Of a stretch of DNA of 64,000 nt, positions 14,701-26,700 are shown one piece after another. Each line of letters starts with the position of its first letter. Position 1 is the stretch's first letter. The position numbers were made by a program, and so were the translations under genes. The DNA comes from Haliotis rufescens (lineage: Eukaryota), in assembly GCF_023055435.1 (NCBI RefSeq), contig NW_025963846.1:22320001-22384000 (forward strand). The letters are read 5' to 3'. A model generated the notes under the pieces. The model did no database searches and was not told the DNA's origin. It worked only from the letters and a program-made list of their open reading frames with translations.

Positions 14701-17700
14701 AAACAGTCATGTCTCTAATACAATCATGCACAAATCATACGTCTTCAGCACCAAGGTGATATCAATCTTCAGAAAAAGCCAAGTCCTCCTTCGTCCCCAA
14801 CTCTACCATTGCTGGACAAAAATAGTCATGTCTCCAATCAATAATGCACACATCATATGTCTTCAGCACCAAGGTGATATCTATCTTCAGAAAAAGCCAA
14901 ATCCTCCTTCGTCCCCAACTCTACCATTGCTGGACAAAAATAGTCATGTCTCCAATACAATAATGCACACATCAAACGTCTTCAGCATCAAGGTGATATC
15001 AATCTTCAGAAAAAGCCAAGTCCTCCTTCGTCCCCAACTCTACCATTGCTGGGCAAAAAATAGTCATGTCTCCAATACAATAATGCACACATCAAACGTC
15101 TTCAGCACCAAGGTGATATCTATCTTCAGAAAAAGCCAAATCCTCCTTCGTCCCCAACTCTACCATTGCTGGACAAAAATAGTCATGTCTCCAATACAAT
15201 AATGCACACATCAAACGTCTTCAGCATCAAGGTGATATCAATCTTCAGAAAAAGCCAAGTCCTCCTTTGTCCCCAAGTCTACCATTGCTGGACAAAAATA
15301 GTCATGTCTCCAATACAATAATGCACAAATCTAACGTCTTCAGCACCAAGATGATATCAATCTTCAGAAAAAGCCAAGTCCTCCTTCGTCCACAACTCTA
15401 CCATTGCTGGACAAAAACAGTCATGTCTCCAATCAATAATGCACACATCAAACATCTTCAGCACCAAGGTGATATCAATCTTCAGAAAAAGCCAAATCCT
15501 CCTTTGTCCACAACTCTACCATTGCTGGACAAAAACAGTCATGTCTCCAATACAATAATGCACAAAGCAAACGTCTTCATTGAGCAAGGAGATATCAATC
15601 TTCAGAAAAAGCCAAGACCTCCTTCGTCCACAACTCTACCATTGCTATACAAAAACAGTCATGTCTCCAATCAATAATGCACACATCAAACGTCTTCAGC
15701 ACCAAGGTGATATCAATCTTCAGAAAAAGCCAAATCCTCCTTCGTCCCCAACTCTACCATTGCTGGACAAAAAAAGTCATGTCTCCAATCAATAATGCAC
15801 ACATCATACGTCTTCAGCACCAAGGTGATATCAATCTTCAGAAAAAGGCAAATCCTCCTTCGTCCCCAACTCTACCATTGCTGGACAAAAATAGTCATGT
15901 CTCCAATACAATCATGCACACATCAAATGTCTTCATTTAGCAAGGAGATATCAGTGCTTCTTCAATGATTTTCAAGGCAAACATGAACTGTCTGAACAAG
16001 CCAGAAGAGGCTTACTTCAGGGAAATACAGATTGTAAATCTACTTCCTGTGTGCGAAGCCTGAGTGAACATTTCCTTCATGGCTAAACCATTCCTATCTT
16101 CAACACGACTCATTGTCATGTAAAAGTTTCCCAAAATCCTTGTCATGGTTCTTCAAGAAATCAGATACGATGCACAGTAAACCAGTCCAGACTTCACAGT
16201 TAAATCAACCTTCAAACATCACGGCCAGGTCTGCTTTGGGAACAAATGATTGTTCCCCGGTTCCTACGACGTCTCTTCAAATTCCGTGGGTTAACTGGCA
16301 CAGCTGACATGGTAAAAGTTTGGAACATCCATCTATTGTTTCTTCCATCAATCCTATATAACGTGCAGCAAACCCCCGGGTTTGCTGTCAAAGATTAATG
16401 CACCTGCAGATAACAGGGTCTCTGATCTTTTGTAAGAGGATCAAGGATTTATCTAAACTTGCTCAGAGCCTGTTATTCGGCCCCAAGTCTGCAGCAAGTG
16501 TCAGTTAAAATAGTACTAGGGCTGTGTATTGCCCCAAATTTCGTATTGCGATATATTGCGATACATTCCTCTGTATTGCAATATGTACTGCAATATATTG
16601 TGGAAGAAAACTTATTGAGTTCTGTCCACTGTTTAAGATTCTTTTTCCTCCACATTGAATCACAGTACAATCATACAAAGTTTAGCTTTATTCAAAGTAA
16701 AAAAAAGGGAAAAACCAGAACCATCAGACAAAACAGACAATTGTATATTGTGTCTGACTGGCTGTGCTATTCGACTCAAGAATAGCTGTTTAAGGCACCA
16801 TAATGGTAAAGTCCAACATGCAGTAAATATTAGTGGTATCAATTCTCCAGACTCAGTGACATCATGGGTGCGTTTAGCTCATAGGTTCAGGAAGAAATGT
16901 TAGAGGTATTTATGTATAATATGGGTCCAGTGTTTGTGGTAACGTAAGTTTGTAATTGTTTATCAAAGAGCTGTTCGTGCAGTTTCATCACAATGACATC
17001 GCAGGTAAAAAGATGGACAATATTAGTTGTTTTAACTCTTTCAACACCAGTCAACCAGAAGCGTTTACTGCTGTGACACCCAGTAACCAGAGATTCCTGT
17101 GTGATAGATGAAACCAACATTTATCAAAGAAAATATCTGCTTGTAAAACATCTTTGCAACTCTATATTATACACCATTTGAAAGGTCTGATCCTATTGTT
17201 TATAAATATGAAAGTATTGTTTATCACATTATTTAAATAATGCATTTACAACTTAATTATGTTCAGTCACAACGTCCAGATTAAGGACCAAGGAAGCGAA
17301 AATTTGACGATTTTCGGCAAATATACGATTTCATAAAATGCACTTACCTATTTCCTTTTTTATTTTTATTGTTTACGTTATTGAAAAAGCTTTTGAAAAA
17401 GAATTATCAATAGTATCTGTCATCACCCATTTCCCGATAACAGCGCCTGTCCGCTCAGTAACATGAAGAAATACCACTGTTTTCGAGGCTTCGTATGAAT
17501 AACACGTTCGTCGAAGACTGGCATATGACACATCGCTAGAAAGCTTATTCTTTCATCTTCACGCTCGTAACATCGCCTGGAGTTTTTCGTAGTTATAACA
17601 ATCGATTTTATTGGATAACAATTGGTTTCTAATGACGCTTTCGCGCCAAAATCTGCTACAAGGTTTGTGATTGGTCAAATTTGAGCACGTGATCTAAGGC

Positions 17701-20700
17701 AGTCAATCAAATTACAGTTGTGTTATGAATTTTAGATTTTGACGAAATCTTTTTGTTTATCCTGCCATTCTGAACATCTTAAGCAGGAAATCGCAATTTA
17801 TATTAAAAATATGGTGCTTTGTTGATGTATCATGCTAGGTTACGAGCTGTGACAAAGTTTTTTCATGCATAATTTTGGCATTAAACATCGTGTCCGAGCC
17901 GAGAATTTAGGCGACGAAAGCCGATGTCATTTGATTTACATTACAAGCGATCGCACGAAAAGATGGAAATAATAACTTGGCAGTAAGTTTAACAACTTTT
18001 AGATATATTTTTGTTGATTGTATCTATAACTTTGTATACTATATTCAAAGCTTTGCTTGAAACGTCTTTATTATGCTCTTTGACATGTTCGATGTGGACC
18101 CGTTTTCGAAGTGCGTGTCTGAGATTTTTATTTTAAATAACATTACGGGAAATAGTGAATAATTTCTTAATCTATTGATAAAAAATGATCAATTGAAATT
18201 GAATACGTATTTCAGACATTGTGAAATGTGATAGATTTAGTAAATGAAAGATATGACTGGTAGGTTTAAAAAATTATATACTATTTTGACGTGACTACGG
18301 CTTGGCCGGTAGGGCCTATACCGGCCTACGGTGTCTGGGAATGCTTCTTGGCCGGTATTACGGGCCTACGGTGTTGAATGAGTAATAATGATTAATCATA
18401 AGCAAGTTCAATTTGATTATGAGTTTTCATTGTGTGTCAGTACATATCTGTCAAATGTGGTGGTGGTTGGTGGTTAGTTGTTTAACGCCGCACTCAGCAA
18501 TATTCCAGCTATATGACGGCGGTCTGTAAATAATCGAGTCTGGACCAGACAATCCAGTGATTGACATCATGATTGACCACCCAATTGGGATCGATGACAT
18601 GCATCAACCAAGTCAGCGAGCCTGACCACTCGATCCCGTTAGTCGCCTTTTACGACAAGCAAAGTCACCTTTTACGGCAAGCATGGGTTGCTTAAGAACT
18701 ATTCTACCCCGGATCTTCACGGGTCTCTATCAAATGTGGATTGTTTGAACCATGCTGGGTGTATTTGCCACACAGGAGGCAACGGTTACTCACCTCCGTA
18801 AACTTAACAGGATTAGAAAAAATACGATTTCCCCTGATTCGGAAATGCTTGGTGACAGCATTTGCTGCCTCGCTGGCCTTGTTGAAGGACACAAATCCAT
18901 ACCCCTTCGACCTGATTCAACAGAAGAAAGTGATTGGTGTCAGTCAGCTCTCAGAAAGGTGGTGAGGTGAAGTTGGGTTTAACGCCGCATACAAGATTAT
19001 TGCACTTTTATAGCGATGTGCAGGCACGTGTGGGGGGGGTGGGGGGGCTTGATTGTACTAGTCCGGACTGAGATACCATACCGCAGTTTAACATGAATAC
19101 CCCACTCAGACACAGTATACTGACTCCGAGCCGACCAGTCCTTGTTTTAGCCCCTTAATGCCGAGCGCCAGACAGGGTAAAAACAAGTACCATCGTTTAA
19201 CGTCTTTTGGTATGACGCGACCAGGGATCCAACCCAGGACCTTCTGCTCTCCGGGCAGACACTCTACCACTAGACCATGGAGGCAGTCACTCTCAGAAAG
19301 TATCATGCATTTAATATGAACACTTAATTGACACACTTCTCATGAAGCCATACAAAAAACAACAACATGGCAGCCTTAAATGACATTGTGTGAATGGGGC
19401 ACAAAATGAATTAGGTCTTAGATAAATGAGAGTGCATTGGGCGTAAAGCTGTTTTGAACAGTATTCCAGTTATATCACAGCGTGTCAGCTTGATGTGGGA
19501 GGAAAGCCCGAAGAGATACAGGTTTTGAGATGTTTACCACTTTGGTAAAACCCACTAGCATGGGTGTGGTGCTGACAAACCTAGAAACATTATAAGGGCA
19601 AACAGTATTCGAAGCCACGATCAGAGGTCTCTGGTGTGCGCAAGGGACACAATTCTGCACATTAAAGCACCTTACACGAAATTATCATTCATTTAATATC
19701 AACACTTAACCGACACACTTCCAAATCAAATCATACAAAAGAAAACACTAACTTAACACACTTGGCAGACAGTGTTCAACATGAAGCACGAGAGTCATGG
19801 GGTCCTTGCTATTGCACCAATGTTAAAAGGTTTACAGTCCATTAGGAATTGCATTGGACCCGGACATTTCTCAAAGTACATGTTAAAGTATATTTTTTTG
19901 CTTTTGTTCTTGTCTGTATCTTCATTTCTCAAAAAACCTACTATGGTTTAGTACACTTAAAATTCTTATTTTATCATTTAGACAATGTCGGACATCTTGA
20001 ATTCAATATGTCCACCATAATAGAGGCTGAGGCAAATGGCGTTTAGCTTTCATGACGTCAGTTTGACCCTGGGTCCTCAGAATGAATACCATTGGAGCAA
20101 ACCTCAAGGACCCCAGGACCCATGGACCCTCCTTAGTTTAAAAAAGTACGGGCAGCGCACATTTGAGCTGAATGTTTGTTGAACACCACACTCAAGCTTT
20201 ATTCAAGCTGTATGATGGTGGTCTGTAAATGATGGAGTCTGGATCCAACAATCCAGCGATTCTTAGCATAATGAGTGAGTTTGGTTTAAAACTGCTTTGG
20301 ACAGTTTTTCAGTTCAATCACTGCATCTCATCTCAATGTGGGGGGAATGCACCCAGTGATGCAGGTGGTAGATTGTTTGGTTGGTTGGTTTGTTGTTTAA
20401 CGCCGCACTCAGCAATATTCCAGCTATATGACGGGGGTCTGTAAATAATCGAGTCTGGACCAGACAATACAGTGATTAATATCATGAGTATCGATCCACG
20501 CAATTGGGATCGATGACATGCATCAACCAAGTCAGCGAGCCTGACCACCCGATCCATGCCTTAAGACATCCACAGATTTACCTTTTACTCCCTCGCTTGA
20601 CAACGATGTTGGCAAACATAACCTTTCCACATTCTGAGAAGGTGTTGTACAGATCTTCAGCTGACGTGTCCATAGCTAAGTTAGACACATGGATCCTCTT

Positions 20701-23700
20701 CTTACATTCATCTGGGGTCTTCCTTGGATTGGCAGCCTAAAGTTAACATATTATATGAATATTAGAGTAAATGTATTCAGAAAATTTTAAAGACTACAAC
20801 ATAACTGATTCACATATTCTGAATACATTTGCCCAAATATTAATATACAGACATAAATTAGAATATCAAAATATTTTCTCTATGTAATACTTAGCCTTCT
20901 TTACATTATGCTTTTTGTTGCTTTCTGGTCGAAGTATCTATGGAATGAAGACTTACGAAGATTGTATTCTTGATATAAATAAAGTTCTTAAACAAGAAGT
21001 ATCCCAATGACTGCTCCCTGGAGTTACCTGGAGTTACCTCCCATGCCCCTCTGTGATCAGAGTTTCTTGAGCCCACCTGAAATACTGGTTGCTGGGATCT
21101 ATATTCTCACCCATTTACTCATACTTACCCCTGGAGGATAAGACGTGGTATCATCCGTGGTTTCTTCTAAAGTCTTCACTGAAAGAAATGAACAGAAGTA
21201 TAGTATATTATCTGATATTTGGTTTCTATGAACATGCAACATACGAGAGCCAGATCCACTTTGCCTTTTATGATAAGATACCACACATTCAATACAGGTA
21301 AACAAATGAATTTGGGACGGACAAACAAGTGGTTGATGTTATGAACACAGTCTGGGTACTTGACACACATTCAACGAGGTCAACACGGTCACCGAGGCTG
21401 ACTGCACAATCCAAGCAGTTGCTTCTTACAAAAACATAGAATCAAGTCAGAATCCACAGGCCAGAGCGAGTGAGTATGTTTTTACGCCACTTTTTGCAAT
21501 ATACTAGCAATATCACGACGGGGGACACGAGAAATGGGCTTCACACATTGTACTCCACTATTTCCCTCCTCCCTCGGCTTACATTCCCCGTCAAGACCGA
21601 GGGGGAAGTTTATATCCATAACGTAATAACCTCTTGTGAGGTTTTACTTTTTCCAGGTAGGACCTCATCCTGGATGTGAGGTTTTACTTTTTCCAGGTAG
21701 GACCTCATCCTGGATGTGAGGTTTTACTTTTTCCAGGTAGGACCTCATCCCGGATGTGAGGTTTTACTTTTTCCAGGTAGGACCTCATCCTGGATGTGAG
21801 GTTTTACTTTTTCCAGGTAGGACCTCATCCCGGATGTGAGGTGTTACTTTTCTCCTGGTAAGACCTGGTATGAGGGGTTACTTTTTGCAAGTAAGACCTG
21901 ATAATTTGAGGAGCAGATGGAATTTGGACTTAGTGTTTCAAATGTCCACTGTTCTAAAATCAAAGACAAGAAATAAAACTTTTTCATTGTGGATGGCGGG
22001 AATCGAACCTGCAACCTCACATATTGTGTTAAGTTTTGTAACCCACTGTTTTTCAACTGAGCCACCGGTGCATGATGCTAGAATGTTCAATTTTAGATGT
22101 CATGACTTAGTTTTGTCTATGCTGCACGTTTCTTCTCTCGCACGCTTTGATTGCATTCCCTTTATACCGCGACACACACTGTAAGATATCTCCTGTAAGA
22201 TGTTTCCTTATTTTTTTTCTGTTATTTAGGCGGTACATAAGTGAGATAACACACTCCTCCTCGGTCTCACACTGCCGATACCCTCTTGCCTCGTTCCTAC
22301 TTCCTCAACCATAACCTTGGAGTCGTGATTTATCCTTCACAAACGAACCTCAATTATACATTGACAGGGAAGGATTATTGTTGACAAAAGCGGAATGCCT
22401 ACAATCTACTACAGTGTGTTGATATAGGAGATATCGAAAGACTGGTGAGATAATCTGTGTACCGTATTTGACATAATAAGCACCCAGGGTGCTCTTAAAA
22501 TTAGAAATAGGGGGCTCTTATTAGAATAAATTTTTGGTGAAAAAAATGCCTGTTGAAATATCGTTAATTTTGTGGTTTATGCTGACAGCCTGAAATGATA
22601 CAAAAGAAAAGTCTGTGCGTATTATAACGATAGATATATTTTTTCAGTATTTACTTGCCCATAATTAAGGGTGCATATAACACATAAGTGCGTATTATAT
22701 ACAAATAAATAAGTCTTGTGTACATTGATCAATCGGAAGTGGTGCTAATTGGGACTGTTCACTAGCCGTGGGCGCTTATTAGAGCAGGGGGCTTATTAAG
22801 TCAAATACGGTATTATGGCTTCTAATTAATCAAATCTGTACCAGCAAGCCTGGCCAGTGAATCCCATTGGTAACCTCATACATTAAGCTTGAGTTGCTGA
22901 AGACTAATTCTAACCTGAATCTTCAAGGGTGGAATAAGAATAGCAACTTACCTCTAAATTTTTTACATTTGTAACACTTGAGCCGAGAAATAAAGTTGTT
23001 TAATCCACACTGAAAATATACAATGAATTAAACAATGAATACAAAATCTATAATCTGATTGATTATTTCAGTTAACTCAAAACATTTCCTGTCTCATGTT
23101 AAAACCATAAAATCAGTTCGGCTTAAACTAAAATGGAGCTTTGAACATGTTGAATGGTATTTTCAAAGATATCAAAGCATAGCAGCTAAATATATCAGGG
23201 AAGCAAAAAGTGATGCAGGTCTTTGATGAAACCCAGGAGACACGATATTGGTCCGACAAACCAACTATCACAATCAGTGCAAATCTGTCGTTCAGACAAA
23301 GTCACAGGATCCTTGCACACATAAGGGACACAACTCTGCAAAGACTCCTTAAACCAATGGGCAATCTGTGCCTTCTGACATGATTCCAGCTATATAACAG
23401 CGGTCTGTAAATAATTCGAGTCTGGACCAGACAATCCAGTGATTAATATCATGAGCATCGATCCACGCAATTGAGATCGATGACATGCATCAACCAAGTC
23501 AGCGAGCCTGACCACCCAATCCCGTTAGTCGCCTTTTACAACAAGCATAGTCGCCTTTTACGGCAAGCATGGGTTGCTGAAGACCTATTCTACCCCGGAA
23601 TCTTCACGGGTCCCTTCTGACATGAGTGAGTGAGTGAGTGAGTGAGTATGGTTTTACGCCGCTTTTAGCAATATTCCAGCAATATCACGGCGGGGCACAC

Positions 23701-26700
23701 CAGAAATGGGCTTCACACATTGTACCCATGTCGGGAATCGAACCCGGGTCTTCGGCGTGACGAGCCAACGCTTTAACCACTAGGCTACCCGACCGCCCCC
23801 CTTCTGACATGAGGAAAAACTTGACTCTGCACTAAAATTATGATTAAATTACAACATACCCCAAAATCATGAATAAATTTTGACATACCCCAACACATTT
23901 CCATGTCTTATCACCACCTTTGTCGTCTGAGCGATGGTCTTGACCATGATCTTTGTGAAGTAGAGATAACCCTTCTCCAGCATCTACTGCTCCAACGTAT
24001 CTGTCTGAACTACCAAACCGACCTCTCCTGGATTGGGAACCGCCCCTATCATCGCTTCTATGTCTGTATGAGGAGCTGTAGGGGCTTGAATCCTTCCTAA
24101 CATTTCGGTCTAATGATCCTCTTCTTCGAGAAGATCGGCTGTCATCTTTCAAACTTCTGTCAGTTGACAGTCTTTCATCCCTGTTGCTGCTGATCGGAGA
24201 ATATCCGTCACGTGGGTAGCTTCTATCAGGCGAGTGTCTGTCATCCCAAAAGACTCTATCTGGTGAGAGACTTAAATCATCTCTAAAACGTCTGTTTGGG
24301 GAATCTCTTCGTTCAAGAGAATGCCTGTCATCTCTAAAATGTCTATTAGGAGACTGCTGTCTTAAATCTCTATCTAGTCTTGAATCTCTATCTAGTCTTG
24401 AATCTCTATCTTGTCTTGAATCTCTATCTAGTCTTGAATCTCTATCTAGTCTTGAATCTCTATCTTGTCTTGAATCTCTATCTAGTCTTGAATCTCTATC
24501 TAGTCTTGAATCTCTATCTTGTCTTGAATCTCTATCTAGTCTTGAATCTCTATCTTGTCTTGAATCTCTATCTTGTCTTGAATCTCTATCTTGTCTTGAA
24601 TCTCTATCTAGTCTTGAATCTCTATCTAGTCTTGAATCTCTATCTCGTGATCGTCGTTCATCCCTGAAGCTCCGATTGGGTGATTGTCTCAGTTCTCTTC
24701 TACCAGGTGAATTTCTTTCACTTCTAAAATTTCTACCAGAAAAATGGCCCATATTTCGTTTCTCAGGCCTGTCATCTCTATCATCGTATTGACTTCTGTC
24801 TGGAGAGTGCATGTATGAATCTCTCGGATTGTTACTCATTGTCAAATCATCTTCTCTATGAAAAGAAGAATGTAGATCAGGTGACCTCCTAGATGACAAT
24901 CTCCCCTCTAAGGACCTCGATGGGGATCTTCTTTCCGGAGACCGCAGTGACCTCCTAAGCCTATACTCCTCTTCTGAGGTGGAAGTGGGACCATGTCTTG
25001 CTGCATCTCTTGGCGTGTTCTTGGTCGGATGCTTATTCCCCTGATGCGAGGAGCCAAACACTTCTGCTGCATGTTTCATAAGCGCATCATCGTGTCCATC
25101 GTCTTCCCTACTCCTGTCTGCTTTTCCCCTGTCTTTTCTTCCCCTGTCTCCTCTTCCCCTGTCTTTCCTTCCCCGGTCTTCTTTCCCCCTCTCTTCTTTT
25201 CCTCTGTCTTCTCTTTTACTCTTCTGGTCTTGTTTCAGGATGGATTTTATCACACCACCACTCCCATCGATTGGAGGTGCCCCACCAAGAAACCTGAAGA
25301 AACCATATTTTTAAGAATATCCCATGAGGGCAACTTGACAGAATTATTCAGTGACTGCAAACCGGATAAATATAAAACAGATACAATGTCATTAAAACCA
25401 GATCTGATACTCCAGTACAACNNNNNNNNNNNNNNNNNNNNNNNNNNNNNNNNNNNNNNNNNNNNNNNNNNNNNNNNNNNNNNNNNNNNNNNNNNNNNNN
25501 NNNNNNNNNNNNNNNNNNNNNNNNNNNNNNNNNNNNNNNNNNNNNNNNNNNNNNNNNNNNNNNNNNNNNNNNNNNNNNNNNNACCTTTAGCAACATTCCA
25601 GCATATCACATTGGTCTTCACACATTGTACCCATGTGGTGAATGAAACCCGGCGTGACGAGCCAACGCTGTAACCACTAGGCTACCCTACCGCCCCTGGT
25701 CATGCAGGTTAGCCCTAGGCAAATTTAGGCCACCAAATCTAAGTGAAATATGTAAGTGTGCGATGGGGAAGCCTAGTGGATAAAGCGTTTGCTCGTCACA
25801 GCGAAAGGCCTGGGTTCGATACCCCACATTGGTACAATGGACAATTTAGGAACTGGCCATTTATTATAGTGAGTGAGTGAGTATGGTTTTACGCCGCTTT
25901 TAGCAATATTCCAACAATGTCACAGCGGGGGACACCAGAAATGGGCTTCACACATTGTATCCATGTTGGGAATGAAACCCGTGACGAGTGAACGTTTTAA
26001 CCAGTAGGCTNNNNNNNNNNNNNNNNNNNNNNNNNNNNNNNNNNNNNNNNNNNNNNNNNNNNNNNNNNNNNNNNNNNNNNNNNNNNNNNNNNNNNNNNNN
26101 NNNNNNNNNNNNNNNNNNNNNNNNNNNNNNNNNNNNNNNNNNNNNNNNNNNNNNNNNNCAAATGATGAAAACACGCTGATGTGTTTGGGGGAGAGGGGTC
26201 ACCAAAAAATGTTACATATATATAGGGGGGGTCATCAAAATATGACACAATCCCAAGACCAATCTCCACCCCCTACCTTCTCCATAATCAATTACCAGTC
26301 CCAAACAATTCTTCAGCCATCAAACATCATCTTTTCACAAAAGTTCCCCTTTATTTGTTTATCACCTCGATTCGCAAATTTCGATTTGTACACTACAAAA
26401 CCTTAACAGAACACAAAGATACTTGGATGGTACTTGTTCCTATTGGTGAGTAGTCAGATCTTCACGCAGAGGTGTTGTATCAGAGTTTAAGACCTGAAAC
26501 TAGTTTTGTTTGTCATATTACTCCACACTCGGCAATATTCCAGCCACATGTCATCTTCCCTAGGCAAGGGAGTTAACTGACTAACTCACCTCGAGAAGTG
26601 CATCAAATCACGCGAGCATCTTCTTTAAAAACATGAAAAGATTTGCAAAATATCTGCTGATGCCCAGTTGATGGTAAACGTCCTTTGCAAATCAACCCAA

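Noticed and set aside
13980-15940. Plus-strand ORFs up to 237 aa, and a CRISPR-like look of the array
   Set aside because: They are products of a 119/120-bp satellite; frames shift between units, there are no unique spacers or cas genes, and the DNA is eukaryotic.
15955-16402. Possible extra coding exon in the last intron of the downstream gene
   Set aside because: All three frames after the ctgcag acceptor hit stops quickly.
17036-18385. piggyBac-like element bounded by ctc(t/a)ttcaacacc inverted repeats
   Set aside because: Only a 12/13-bp match and the right TTAA is imperfect, which is insufficient.
24380-24667. ORF (NLYLVL)n, and likewise 48623..49009 (VELL)n
   Set aside because: Antisense shadows of coding tandem repeats in the minus-strand genes.
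24993-26269. ORFs containing X runs
   Set aside because: Artefacts of reading through assembly gaps.
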